64,000 nt of DNA from Octopus sinensis (Eukaryota): contig NC_043000.1 of the NCBI RefSeq assembly GCF_006345805.1, positions 25,730,001-25,794,000 on the forward strand. Reading direction: 5' to 3'. Numbering within the stretch: position 1 is the first letter of the stretch; every line of letters begins with the position of its first letter. Shown here piece by piece: positions 12,565-26,149 of this stretch. Both the position numbers and the translations under genes were made by a program. The notes below the pieces were generated by a model. The model saw only the letters and a list, made by a program, of their open reading frames with translations, searched no databases and was not told the DNA's origin.

Positions 12565-13010
12565 TACAGGGTTTTCAAAAAGTGTCTCCGCAGTGAATTT
12601 TTTTTTTTTTTTTTTGAGGACACCATCAACACCGAGAGATATTGCTCAAATATTGTCCGTCCATTTGTAGGCCAACTCACAGTAAATGAAATTAATAATG
12701 CATACTTTCAGCAAGATGGAGCTACACAGCACACTCCAAGAGTTTTTCGATGAACGGATTATTTCGAAGGGACTTCGGCCACCAAGATCACATGATTTAA
12801 CACCACTAGACTTTTCTTCTGGGGAGCAAGTAAAGGATCAGTATACAAGAATCGCCCGAAAACCATTAATGAGCTAAAAGACACAATCATAACCTTCACA
12901 CGGTCCATGGCGCGTCAGACTCTCCAAGATGTTTTTCAAAACATGTGTAGAAGAGTCAATTCATGTATTGAAAATGAAGGACGACACTTTCAACACCGCT
13001 TACAAAGTTT
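12565..13010 (+). mobile_element. Tc1-like transposon relic
   Basis: TACAGGG end; YFQQDGATQHT and PPRSHDLTPLDF motifs. Confidence 0.7.
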
Positions 13011-13056
13011 TTTAAAGTCTTGTAAAGTCTCATATATTCTTTTGTAGTCTTATACC

Positions 13057-13384
13057 CGTGAAGGTGCCTGGCTCAGTGGTTAGAGCGTCGAGCTTACGAT
13101 CGTGAGGTTGTGAGTTCGATTCCTAGACCGGGCTGCGTGTTGTGTTCTTGAGCAAGACACTTTATTTCACGTTGCTCCAGTTCACTCAGCTGTAGAAATG
13201 AGTTGCGACGTCACTGGTGCCAAGCTATATCAGCCTTTGCCTTTCCCTTGGATAACATCAGTGGTGTGGAGAGGGGAGGCTGGTATGCATAGGCGACTGC
13301 TGGTCTTCCATAAACAACCTTGTCTCGGAGGGTAATTTTCTAGGTGCAATCCCATGGTCATTCATGACCGAAGGGGGTCTCCTC
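13057..13384 (+). mobile_element. tRNA-derived SINE family D with TSD
   Basis: A box tggctcagtgg, B box agttcgattc; 11-bp TSD agtcttatacc (13046-56, 13385-95). Confidence 0.85.
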
Positions 13385-14481
13385 AGTCTTATACCAACTT
13401 ATAAATATTTATCTTGCAATAAACAACCTATATATTATAAATACATACAGGGCCATCATCGCCAGGCAAAGAAAGGAAAGTAGACGAAAGTTATAGATTC
13501 TAAACATGCTACTGCTGTCACAAATTAAAACTAAATTCTATCAGGAATATCTAAAATGCCTAAAAGCTCAATGCTTTCTCTCTAAGAGCAAGTCTTTTAA
13601 TCTGTGATTCGGGTACGAATTGCGCACACACACACAACAAACACATGCAGAGAATTTGTAACATTCAATTCTTCTTTTATTGTTACTTACACATATACCC
13701 TCATGCATACACGTGCGCACACACACATACTATCACGCACTCCTCTTTCACTGTCTTGTTTCACTATCTCTCACACTTCCGGTTAGTCAAAGGTCGATCA
13801 TGGGAACTTAATACACGTGGGGTTTTTTCCTGACTCTTTTCTTTCTTTTCTTAAATCCTTTCTTCTATTCCTTGTCTCTGCCTGGACTTTCCTTTAGAAT
13901 CCGACGAAGAACCTAAATCCGAAACGTTTACTTTTACTCTATAATTTTTATTCCTTTTTTGAGCATCAAAATGGCGGTGCCCCAGCATGGCCACAGCTCA
14001 TGAGCTGAAACTAGAATCAATCAATCAATCAACCTAAACATATCAACTATGAATTTTCATTTGACTTTTGTTGTTCTTTCTTATTTATTTTTTATTTGAT
14101 TTGCTCTGTGTATGTGTGTATGTGTGTGTCGTTACTAATTCATGCAAATAGTAATGTTTAAGAAATAAACGAAGTTTAAAATGCACAAAGGGTATATATG
14201 AAGATTTATTTAAATTTAAATTAATGCACTTAACTGGTTTCAAGGGCACATATGCTGAAAATACAATTAATCGTCAATAACCATATAATTTCTCACTATA
14301 AGCACGCGTCTTGAAAGCAAACCGACAGAAATTTCTTTAAAAATTCGTTATTATTGAATCGGTCCCGATTTCTGAGTTAATTCATTTAGAATTTTCTCGT
14401 CATCAGCGATAAATACGATAAGAAAATAAATTAGATACTTACTTGTACTCATGGAAGAAATAAACATTAAGTTATGAGTAC

Positions 14482-14489
<8 letters not shown>

Positions 14490-14564
<75 letters not shown>

Positions 14565-14588
14565 GTATGTATTATGTATGTATGTATG

Positions 14589-14622
<34 letters not shown>

Positions 14623-14700
14623 TGTATGTATGTATGTATGTATGTATGTATGTATGTATGTATGTATTATGTATGTATGTATATATTATGTATGTATATT
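14490..14700. repeat. (TA)n/(TATG)n microsatellite
   Basis: Direct reading. Confidence 0.95.
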
Positions 14701-14746
14701 CTTTTTTGTATTATGATTTCTTTCCTCTTCATATCTATTTCTACAG

Positions 14747-14804
14747 CACCTACATGGCTCCCTCTGTACATTACTCAAAGATCCCTACATCATCATTGTC
14801 GCAT
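14747..14804 (+). CDS. SLC18A2-like: SLC18A-like exon 7/15
   Basis: ttctacag|..GCA T|gtaagt; HLHGSLCTLLKDPYIIIVA (VMAT LLKDPYIL), 58 nt. Confidence 0.92.
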
Positions 14805-15472
14805 GTAAGTGCTGCTTTTTATATCACTTACTTTTCTTGTCAGTCGTCTTTCCAAATGCTTTTAAGAACTAAAAATTTTCAAACGAATATTCTATGAACG
14901 TTAGGCAACATAATTAACGATGGCTGTTTTCTATATTTCAATTCATATCGATTTTACGGATTCTTTTCAATTGGTGGGGAGTAAAAGCACTCAAATTCGT
15001 AGATTATATTCTTCATTATCTTATAAATGGTTTAAAATATTTTGGCGTTTATATTCGTTCATAAATATACAGCTAGGACAGGGGGAAATTGAGAGCAATG
15101 CTTTGCATGCGATGGACGTACTAAGTAAATAGAGTTTGTTATATTTGTATAGTTTGGTGAAACACGCTAATTTATATTTAATTTTATGAAACAAGCTAAT
15201 TTATATTTAATTTTATGGTTTTTTTAATGCTTGCATGTAACTGGACAGGTTGGTTTCAGCAAGTGTGTCTGTACAACTCAGCACCATATGACTTTCAGTT
15301 TTGTGGGTGTGTAGGACACGTCCATCTCATCAGATGTTAGTGGCAGGTACTTTAAGTCGTGAATCAAACTGTTATTAAAAGAACATATGTAACTCCTATT
15401 AAACGTGTTGCGATGAAAGATCAAGAAGTCTGAAATCCCAAATACAAATTATTTATTTATCGATAACAAAAT

Positions 15473-15885
15473 AGGCGCAGGAGTGGCTGTGTGGTAAGTA
15501 GCTTGCTTACCAAGCACATGGTTCCGGGTTCATTCCCACTGCGTGGCACCTTGGGCAAGTGTCTTCTACTATAGCCTCGGGCCGACCAAAGCCTTGTGAG
15601 TGGATTTGGTAGACGGAAACTGAAAGAAACCCATCGTATATATGTATACATATGTATGTGTGTGTGTATGTTTGTGCGTCTGTGTTTGTCCCCCAACATC
15701 GTTTGGCAACCGATGCTGGTGTGTTTATATCCCCGTAACCTAGCGGTTCCGCAAGAGAGACCGATAGAATAAGTACTAGGCTTACAAAGAATAAGTCCTG
15801 GGGTCGATTTGCTCGACTAACGGCGGTGCTCCAGCATGGCCGCAGTCAAATGACTGAAACAAGTAAAAGAATAAAAGAATAAAAG
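15473..15885 (+). mobile_element. tRNA-derived SINE family A (Octopus OK/OR-type), full length
   Basis: Head aggcgcaggagtggctgtgtgg with B box ggttcattccc, internal microsatellite, tail ..gactgaaacaagtaaaaga. At least 12 homologous copies in the window. The family name is from recall. Confidence 0.8.
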
Positions 15886-16683
15886 ATTAAAACAATGTGT
15901 CGTTATGACATACGACAGAAAAGATATTTAAACCAAGTGAAGCGGTTCAGCAGTTTGTATGAGATGTGTGTCTGTGTCAGCAACGACAACAGCCATGAGT
16001 GGACTGAATTCATCGTCGTCGTTATCATTTGTCGTCGTCGTTCGTCGTCGTTCGTCGCGGCTATATTTTGTAACTGTCGTCAAGTACTGTAAATTCTTGC
16101 ATTCGTTACTTTGATGTCCACTGGCCAGTTAGTAGAAATACAAGTAGAAATATAACTAATGCATTTCAAAGAAAAGCCACCAAAAACAAACGTTTTAATG
16201 ACAATCCATATCTTGTTCGACCAAAACAATGCTTGTTTATAACACTGGGATTTAATGAGTTAAGCATCTGTTGGATCCATTGTATTTTTTGCTGGTCAGC
16301 TAGCTACTGAGAAAAACAAGTTCATGATGTTTCTTCAAGAGATGTGAGTGGTCAGTTCTTAGCTGATGTCATTAATCCTGTTGTTTAGACATTTTTGACT
16401 GAACACAGTGATTTGCATTCGATTCCTCGGCAGTAAGTGTTTGAGACAGCCAAAAAAATTCCTGCTACAATAATATAGTACTATACCAGTAAGTCGGAAT
16501 AAAAGACAGGGATCATCACAAATAAAACACCTTTGATCATAGTTCCTCTCAAATAGGATAGATCCAAAACTAAACAGACATAACAACATCATCCGTTCGA
16601 TACAGGAACATTTATTTATTTATTATTATTTATCTGTTTTTTTTTTATTATTTGTTCATTTTCTAATTTCTTACATTTTTCAG

Positions 16684-16779
16684 TAAATATTTTTTTGCTG
16701 AATCTCGATGTCTCAATTGTATTGGCGTTCTTACCGATAAGACTTCTTGAACTGATAAATGCTTCCACTTGGCAACTTG
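16684..16779 (+). CDS. SLC18A2-like: SLC18A-like exon 8/15 (TM7)
   Basis: tttttcag|..CTT G|gtaagt; NIFLLNLDVSIVLAFLPIRLLELINASTWQL, 96 nt. Confidence 0.92.
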
Positions 16780-17093
16780 GTAAGTAGGATTAAATATTAC
16801 CATTTCAGCTTAAACCGTATGTTGTTAAAGAGTTTGCTTTGTAACGACGTAGCTATGGGATCGATTCTCACTGCTTCTCCGCCTTGGGTAATTAATTATA
16901 ACTCAATAACAGTCTCGGATTAACCAAATATCTTCTGAATGGAACTTGGTAAATGACAACTAAGCAGAAGCACGTAGTATGCAGACAGACAGATGAACTG
17001 ACAGACGGACAGACAGAGGGATGGATGGCTGACAGATCGGTAAATTTATCAATGGAGATAACAAGTGACGAAGTAAAAAACAAAATTGATTAT

Positions 17094-17094
<1 letters not shown>

Positions 17095-17171
<77 letters not shown>

Positions 17172-17205
17172 CAGACAGACAGACAGACAGAGACAGACAG
17201 ACAGG
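17095..17205. repeat. (GATA)n/(GACA)n microsatellite
   Basis: Direct reading. Confidence 0.95.
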
Positions 17206-17759
17206 CAGACGGGTGGACGAACGGATAACAAGAATGCCCAGGTAAAAACCAAGAGCGTAATGTAGATTTACACGTTGGGAAAGATATGAAAGAAGTGTTC
17301 TTGATATTTCGAGCTTTAGCACTTCTTCAAAAAAGACAGAGAGTTGGAAATTATTAAAACAAGAATAAACGGGAATTAGAGAGAAATACGTTTTAGTCTG
17401 CGTTAAGCTATGTTAGAAGTACCTTAAGGTGACCACAAATTAGAGAAGGGAAGAGGTTTCATACGTACGAGAGCAAATGAGAGACTGACCGTGAGCGGTC
17501 TATGAATATTTTGCGTGTGTGCAAGTGTAAGATTGTATGTTTCTTTCAGTGTTAGTGTATGCGTTGTGATTCTCGTAGGTGTATTTGTATGTTTGTGTGT
17601 ATATGCGTGTGTCAGTTGTACCAATGTGTACATTATTTGGACGTATGTGTGTGTGTGTGTGTACTGGTTCTTTCTTTGGAGCTGTAAGAGTTTCCCTTTG
17701 GCGAATTAGTGTTGGGTATGTATATGAGCCACTTCTTCACTACCTCCACACTCGCCAGA

Positions 17760-18075
17760 TTTAGCGCCTTCAGATTATCATCTCTTCAGCGTCACAAAAG
17801 AGTTTGAGAGGCAAACATTATTCCAGTGAGAGGAAGTGAAAACTGTAGTGAAAAAATGGCTCAAAGAACAGTCAACAGAATTTTAGGGGGCAGGGATACA
17901 TGCTCTCATTTGAAGGTGATACATGCTCTCATTGAGAGAAACGGTGACTATGTTGAAAAGTAGGGATGCGGTCCACAGAGGACCAGCTTCATTTTGATGT
18001 ATGATACATGTTCCTGTGTTGGTAATTATACTTGTCCTAAACAAAATGGCACTACTTTTTTGACTCACCCTCGTA
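17760..18075 (+). mobile_element. Mariner 3'-end relic
   Basis: IERNGDYVEK* then a TIR ending ..tgactcaccctcgTA. Confidence 0.7.
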
Positions 18076-18121
18076 TATATATGTATGTGTATGTATGTAG
18101 GCATATATGTGTGCGTGTGTA

Positions 18122-18173
<52 letters not shown>

Positions 18174-18175
18174 TG

Positions 18176-18487
18176 TGTGAAGTATATTTGCCACTTAAAT
18201 GTGGCTAACCAGTAAGGGTGGATGCTACTGTAGCTTGTAGCCCCTGGAGAACATCTTCTCCAGCTGGCTATTGACACACTTTCTGTGCCCTATCAGTATT
18301 TGCAAAGGGAAGCCATCCTTCCCACTTCAGGTCGACGATGGGAAGGATGACTTCCCTTTGCACATACCGATAGGACACAGAAAGTGTGTCAATAGCCAGC
18401 TGGAGAAGATGTTCTCCTGGGGCTACAAGCTACAGTAGCATCCACCCTTAGTGGTTAGCCACATTTAAGTGGCAAATATACTTCACA
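18176..18487. mobile_element. Foldback/hairpin MITE
   Basis: 149-bp arms (18176-18324, 18339-18487), about 6 mismatches, no indels, 14-nt loop. Confidence 0.85.
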
Positions 18488-18566
18488 TTGTCGTGCAGCT
18501 ACTGTTCATACCTCGTTCAGAGATTTATTATTGCTTATATATATATTCGTTATTCGTTTTCTTTAG

Positions 18567-18645
18567 GAATCGTTGTTCTACCGACATCTGTTGGATACTT
18601 GGCTGCTGGTTTAATATTTCCTCGTCTCGTCAGATGGTTTCCTAG
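18567..18645 (+). CDS. SLC18A2-like: SLC18A-like exon 9/15 (TM8)
   Basis: tctttag|..CCT AG|gtatgt; GIVVLPTSVGYLAAGLIFPRLVRWFPR, 79 nt. Confidence 0.92.
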
Positions 18646-19103
18646 GTATGTAAATATATACATTTCCAACATCAAACTTTTCTTTCATTCTCTCTCTCTC
18701 CCCATACTTCTGAACTTTCTCTTCAACATGTTGTCCCTAGTAAAATTCTGCCTTTGACATTCGGGCGAATTCCGTAATTTTTACTAAGATTTCTGAAACC
18801 ACAAATCAAAGTTAAAATTTAAGCAGAAACTTAAATGGAGGCTGATTAGTTAACCTCCTCTTCCAGTGAACTTATATTTTCATATTTGAACCTATGGCGG
18901 CGTCAAGCTGGTAGAATCTTTAGCACACCGGGCTTAGCGGCACTTCGGTTTGTCTTTATGTTTTGAGTTCAAATTCCGTCGAGGTTCACTTTGCCTTTCA
19001 TCCTATTGGGGTCGATAAAGAAAGTACCAGTTGAGTACTGGGATCGATGTAATCGACTTACACCTTACCCCGAAACTGATGACTTTGTACCAAAATTATT
19101 ATT

Positions 19104-19189
<86 letters not shown>

Positions 19190-19289
19190 TTAACTCATGT
19201 ATTGTTGCTTTAATCAAACAAAATCACTCCCCGTGTTTTATTGTAGAATTAATTCGTTAATTAATCCATTATATATTCATAATTTTTAG

Positions 19290-19341
19290 GTGGATTCAAG
19301 GTCTCGTTGGTTTGTTCTTCAGTTCCCTGTGTCTTATGGCG
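19290..19341 (+). CDS. SLC18A2-like: SLC18A-like exon 10/15 (TM9)
   Basis: tttttag|..ATG GCG|gtaagt; WIQGLVGLFFSSLCLMA, 52 nt. Confidence 0.92.
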
Positions 19342-20132
19342 GTAAGTTTTATTCACATTTTTCTTCCTTTTCTGTCTGTCTTTTCCATCAATAATTACTT
19401 CACCTATCTATTCACGAATTTGTAAACAGCCGAAGAATTCCTTCGAAATCTTTTGCCCAACGCTCCAACTGTTCTGTCATTTCACTGACTTGTCTATGTT
19501 GATAACAATTGTTAACAAATGTATTTGTTTTGTCGCGAGAAATTTGCTGTCGTTTGGTTTGAACTGGTCAATGAAGATATATTTCAATGGCTGTGTGAAT
19601 AATAACTGAAGCAAACATACGAACATTAACTAATATTTATTGCCAGACATAAAGACATTTTGTGTTGGCGAATTGCAATGAATGATATAAGTAATTGCTG
19701 AATGAGAGGAAAGGAAAACTGTTCTGAAAATATATAAGGCTATCTGTGTGACAACATGCGGTAGGTCCATAATTTAAACGGAATCATCTGCGCAATTCTC
19801 CGAGGCAATTTGTGGCATCAGCAGTCCGTTGGACATCTACATGACAAGGGTATAGGTACCTGAGTCAGTCAGCTGCCTTCAACACTCTGCAATTGAACAC
19901 AAAAATATTTTTACAGGGGATATTCGAGAAAACCATATCACGCCACAGCCTCAGGCTGATTGGTCGATTTATAGACCAATCATGTGAAACTACGGTGGCT
20001 CACACATGGTGACTGACCGATTAGGTTTCGAATCTTTGCTGCAGTTTATTTGACTTGTTGGATTTATTTTTGTTGTTTTTTATTTCTTTTCTTCTTGTAG
20101 TCATTCTATTATTGTTCTTTCAATTCTTCCAG

Positions 20133-20196
20133 CTAGCCTATTCCATAACGTTTACGATGATGTTGGTGGTAACAGGATTCCTCGGTCTCGCAGTTG
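20133..20196 (+). CDS. SLC18A2-like: SLC18A-like exon 11/15 (TM10 start)
   Basis: cttccag|..GTT G|gtaagt; LAYSITFTMMLVVTGFLGLAV, 64 nt. Confidence 0.91.
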
Positions 20197-21160
20197 GTAA
20201 GTTATTGCAAAAACTTTCACCCACGTCCCCTCCTCCTCCTCCTCCTCCTCCCCTTTTAACGATTGCATTTGTAATCCTACCACCACCACCGCTACCACCA
20301 CTACTATGCCTTATTTAGTTCTCGCCGTCAACGTTAGTTACAAGATGGGCCAAGTATTTGTAATATGACCCCCTATGCTGTTTTATAATATTCGATGGTG
20401 ATGTTTTCCATATATATAAATGTCTTCTCAAATAGAATTGCAATTCATTTTTTAAGCTCAGACGAAGCTTTAGGGTGATGCACAAACACTCAACTATGAG
20501 TGCATAGCATCATATATCAGAAACTGCTGTAACCTAATGAAGTTCATTACATAATGTCTTGGTTCCTTGTCATACTGAGGAGAGCAGTAATATGTAATTA
20601 AATAATTTAATTTAATTTATAATTAATCTACCATGTCACTTACATGCTAATATTGCTGTTCGAAACGATCGAATGCATGTACTAAAATTCATCTTTTAAA
20701 ATTTTAACATCTCTTCTCCATCTTTAATAGTCTGTTGCGTTTCTATGGGATACCTTTCCTTATTTCTTTATTGCCCACAAGGGGCTAAACATGGAGGGGA
20801 CAAACAAGGACAGACAAACGGATTAAGCCGATTACATCGACCCCAGTGCGTAACTGATACTTATTTAAATGACCCCGAAAGGATGGAAGGCAAAATCGGC
20901 CTCGGCGGAATTTGAACTCAGAACGTAGCGGCAGACGAAATACCGCTAAGCATTTCGTCCGGCGTGCTAACGTTTCTGCCAGCTCGCCGCCTCCTTCATC
21001 GGATACCTTTCCATAAATTCTCATCTCATACCTTATACATATAATAATTTCATTTTCGCAAAAATCTTACGCCAATAAGCTACCAACGAAGTATGAAGAA
21101 TCTTTGTTTGAAATCTCCCCTTTGGAACCCTCCAAAATAAAGGATAAATGGAACTTTACC

Positions 21161-21200
<40 letters not shown>

Positions 21201-21236
21201 ATAACTGCAGTTGTGTTTTATTTCAAATCTTTATAG

Positions 21237-21356
21237 GTTTGATCAGTACATCCATGCAGCCAATATTTGCGCTTGTGGTTGACAAGCGTCACAGTGAGGT
21301 TTATGGTAACGTCTATGCTATATCTGACATGGCCGTGTGTTTATCAATGAGTTTGG
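21237..21356 (+). CDS. SLC18A2-like: SLC18A-like exon 12/15 (TM10-TM11)
   Basis: tttatag|..TTG G|gtaagt; GLISTSMQPIFALVVDKRHSEVYGNVYAISDMAVCLSMSL, 120 nt. Confidence 0.95.
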
Positions 21357-22127
21357 GTAAGTACCACTGGAACATTCCTCCCCACGCATTCCTTTGTTTC
21401 ACTACTTTACTTCTGTTTCTCTTTTCTCTTTCAAACTGATGCTTATAATATTTACATTGAGGATTTTAACAGACAATTCAATCAAAATTTCTTTGTTTAT
21501 ACATATAAGAGTGTGTGTGTATGTGTACAAGTGTGTGTGTTTATATATGTATTTATATATGAATATATATGTATATGTGTTTGAATACATATATTCATTG
21601 TATTTGTGTGTTGCGTGTATGTGTGTTTATATATATATATATATATATAATATATATATATATAATATATATATATATATATCTATATATATATATATAT
21701 ATATATATATAGCATACAAATGTATTACTTTCCAGTAAAATAAAGCCCCATAAGGGTAGAATTATTTTTCATTGTAAACTCCTTCACTGTTCTCGGTTCT
21801 GTTAACGGTTAGGCGTTCAGGCGAGTATACTGGCACTGATGTGGCAACATTTGAAATATTATCTAGGTAAATGCAACTGATGACGACTGATCAAACTTAC
21901 GTTGTCAAACGTATTTGAGAGAGTCAGAAACCGGTCCTGCATTATCCGATTCTAGGTTGTCTATTTATCGAATGTTCTTCCGAGAGGTAAGACAAATTTT
22001 TCGTGTTTGTTGCACACACACGTCTTTGCTAGTAAATATGCAGTGAAGCTTTACAATAGTGTCGAATTTGTATCGATTGCTATTTTCCAGTAAATATTGG
22101 TGTCTTGTTGTACCACTCATCTGTTTT

Positions 22128-22180
<53 letters not shown>

Positions 22181-22195
22181 TATGTATTCATGTAT

Positions 22196-22226
<31 letters not shown>

Positions 22227-22968
22227 CATATATATCTTCGAAATGTTTCGCATAAATTTAAATGATGTGTGTATATATAGATAGATACATACATAGATAC
22301 ATACATACATGCACGCATACGTGTGTTTGTGTGTTGCACGCGCATGTGTGTGGATGCATATGTGTGTTTGTGTCTGTGTGTGAGAGAGCAAACGTGTATG
22401 TGTGTGTAGTGATAATCAAAGCAGAACCTGGAAACAGTTATGGAAAATGACAAATTAATCATGGAACACCTCTCATCAGCCATGGAGTCCAGAATTCGCG
22501 TAGTATCGGTGCAGTTAAATTCCACATCTTTAAATTCCATGGTGTTCCTCCTCTAGTTGCACCAGTAAGGTGATGGACTGACAAAGAAAAGCATTTGGAG
22601 TATAGAGAACAGCAACACACAAGCGAGAAATAAGTATACAGATGGACACATTTCATACTATCCTATATGTGTGTTTGTACAGGAGTGTGGGGGGTGATGT
22701 GTGTGTAGGAACAGGTATAGGTTCAGTAGCTGAGAAGCTTGCTTCCCACCCATGTGATTTGGGGTTCAGCCTTACTGCATGGTAGCGCGGGCAAGTGTTT
22801 TCAACTATGACGTGTTGCCCAAGCCTTATTCGACCTAAAATGTTTGGTCACGCAATCGCTGGCAAGACGACTGTTCAGTGTGCAGTCAAGCAGAAAGGTA
22901 CCACGACGAGCATGGAAGCTATGAGCACGGACCCGGTCGAAGCTGCCTGTGAGTGCAATACAGATACC

Positions 22969-23240
22969 CTTTTACTCTTTTACTTGTTTCAGTCATTTGA
23001 CTGTGGCCATGCTGGAGCACCGCCTTTAGTCGAGCAAATCGCCCCCAGGACTTATCATTTGTAAGCTTAATACTTATTCTATCGGTCGCTTTTGCCGAAC
23101 CGCTAGATTACGGGTACGTAAACACACCAGCATTGGTTGTCAAGCACTGTTGGTGGGACAAAAACAGACACATACACACGCACACACACACACGCACGCA
23201 CACACACACACACACACACACACCACACACACATACACAC

Positions 23241-23271
<31 letters not shown>

Positions 23272-24117
23272 AATTTATTATATAGAAGGAGCTTCTACAG
23301 GACTAGAACTGTTTCATTCAAGGGAAATCTTCAGGAAGCTAGTTAACAAGAATTGTATTGGCATTTATACATTTAGGCAGGTTTATAGGGGTGGTGGTGG
23401 GGGACTTTTTGGGGTAGGCATAGCGCAAAAAATCATACTTGGGGAGTGGTCAAGGAGTCAGTGGTAAATTAGATAGAAGAATAAATAAAAGAATAAAAAA
23501 AAGAATAAAAAATAAAAAAATATATAGAAGAATAGAGTTTTAGGTAAATGGAAATTCTCACTTATACCTATACACATATGTATACATATATACACACACA
23601 CACACACATAATACATACACACATACATACACACACACCCATAATATATATATATATATATATATACAACATACATACATACATATATCTACACAATATA
23701 TATATTATATATATATATATATATATACATATACATGTCATACATACACACATACATGCATATCCATATAACCACACACATGTATATATACACACACACG
23801 ACCACACATACACATACACACAAAAATATATACATACCACACAACACATACACACATACACACACACATATCCACATCACACATGCACACACAACCACAT
23901 ATATGTGTGTATGTATTATGAGATATAGGGACTTGTGTTTTGTGTGTGCACGCGCGCATGTGTGTATGTGGATATGTGTGTGTATGTGTGTATGTGTATG
24001 TGTGTGTATGTATATATTTTTTGTGTGTATGTGTATGTGTGGTCGTGTGTGTGTATATATACATGTGTGGTGTATATTGTATATGCATGTATGTGTGTAT
24101 GTATGTACATGTATATG

Positions 24118-24183
<66 letters not shown>

Positions 24184-24207
24184 GTGTGATATATGTATGT
24201 ATATGTA

Positions 24208-24238
<31 letters not shown>

Positions 24239-24675
24239 TATGGGTGTGTGTGTATGTATGTGTGTATGTATATATGTGTGGTGTGTTGTGTGTATATATG
24301 TATACCATGTGTATAGTATAAGTGAGAATTTCCTTATTTACCTAAAACTCTATTCTTCTATATATTTTTTTATTTTTTATTCTTTTTTTATTCTTTTATT
24401 TATTCTTCTATCTATTTACCACTGACTCCTTGACCACTCCCCCAAGTATGATTTTTTTGCGCTATGCCTACCCCCAAAAAGTCCCCCACCACCACCCCTA
24501 TAAACCTGCCTAAATGTTAAATGCCAATACAATTCTTGTTAACTAGCTTCCTGAAAATTTCTCTTGAATGACAGTTCTAGTCCTGTAGAAGCTCCTTCTA
24601 TATAATAAATTAATTTTACTCTGCTATGTATTGAGTACCTTATTTACTGTGGTTAACCCCGAATCAACCGGGACC

Positions 24676-24728
<53 letters not shown>

Positions 24729-24880
24729 GACGGGCTTCTTCAGTTCCGTCTACCAAATCCACTCACTTTGGTCGGCCCGAGGCTATAGTAGAAGACACTT
24801 GCCCAAGGTGCCACGCAGTGGGACTGAACCCGGAACCATGTGGTTCGTAAGCAAGTTACTTACCACACAGCCACTCTTGC
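22969..24880 (-). mobile_element. SINE family A copy split by the foldback insertion (halves 22969-23255 and 24678-24880)
   Basis: Tail half and head half rejoin exactly at the internal (CA/TA)n linker. Confidence 0.75.
23270..24613. repeat. Large inverted duplication (about 620-660-bp arms, about 70-bp spacer)
   Basis: 23270-23886 is the reverse complement of about 23956-24613; differences are mostly small indels. Confidence 0.9.
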
Positions 24881-25032
24881 ATGGGCAATGGTCAGTAATA
24901 GTCTTCCTCGGTCACAAGCGAATAGTTGTCGTGTGTGTGTGTGTAATTACACAAGCACTCACGCAAACTCTCTCATACACGCATGCACCAAATGTTTTAC
25001 TGAGTATTGTTATCACTTTGGTTTTTTTCCAG

Positions 25033-25078
25033 GTCCGTTAGTTGGCGGTCCACTTGTTTATGCTTATGGATTCCAGAG
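25033..25078 (+). CDS. SLC18A2-like: SLC18A-like exon 13/15
   Basis: ttttccag|..CAG AG|gtaaat; GPLVGGPLVYAYGFQ (VMAT GPSAGGAIAKAIGF), 46 nt. Confidence 0.9.
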
Positions 25079-26149
25079 GTAAATATATTTACTTTTATAC
25101 TATTACAATTATTTGAATGGTAGAATTAATCCGTCACAGTTTAACACCAACACCAGGCCCCGTGATGTTCTTAGGAGAGTCCACAGTTTAGCAGAGTCCA
25201 CTCTATTCTAATCATTTAAACCAGTTCTCTGATTTGAGAATCGATTCCTCCATTCCTTCCACTAATCTTGGTAGCCCTAAACGTAATCATAGAAATTGCC
25301 CTTGATCAGAAATTCTTCATCTCCTTCATGCACCATTCCTATGTGCATTTTACAATTATGGGCTGATCTCCATCTCCTCCCGTCTCTCAGACAACTGGGT
25401 CAGTCATTATCTATGACCATTGAGTATCTTCTTTATCTGTCTGACTCAGTTTCTTCTTCTTGTCTATTTCACGTTTATCACCAATGATAAAACACACCTT
25501 AACATGATCCCTAAATACATTTATATTCCCCTTAATGATTTTATAAGTCAATACAGTGTTCTACTGTGTTAGCAGTGCTATTAAATCACTTGTTGAGGTT
25601 ATCCCTACAGACAGTGCTGGCTATAATTTCTATAGAACATTAGTAGAGACAACGAGTTATTTTACCATATTCATTGACAGAAAAGATGTATGGACATATA
25701 AGATGCACCCTTATTTTGGCAGCACATATTCAGGAAAAATGTTTGTAAAGCCCTAAAGCCTAGAGGAAATTTAACTTTGCATATAGGACCCATGGAGGTT
25801 GTTTACGACATTTTTGAGGAGAGAATAAGTACTTCCTATATGCCTTGGAATATGGTACCTACTTTATCTTGACTACTTCAACACATTTAATGCATTTAAC
25901 TTTGTATTTTTTCTCTCAATCTACTCTTTTACTTTTACTCTTTTGCTTGTTTCAGTCATTTGACTGTGGCCATGCTGGAGCAGCGCCTTTAGTCGAGCAA
26001 ATTGACCCTTGGAATTATTCTTTGTAAGCCTAGTACTTACTCTATCGGTCTCTTTTGCTGAACCGCTAAGTTACGGGGACGTAAACACTCCAGATCCGGT
26101 TGTCAGGCAATGTTGGAGGAACAAATCTGCTAAAGATCTTACAGCCTCT

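Noticed and set aside
19958-19981. Inverted CCAAT pair (gattggtc..gaccaatc) with nearby TATA- and AP-1-like words
   Set aside because: Short motifs with no independent support for a promoter.
21956-21986. 31-nt AG/GTAAGA-bounded segment with the same phases as exon 13 (possible mutually exclusive exon)
   Set aside because: Its translation (GCLFIECSSE) has no similarity to SLC18. Such matches are expected by chance; only junction reads would revive it.
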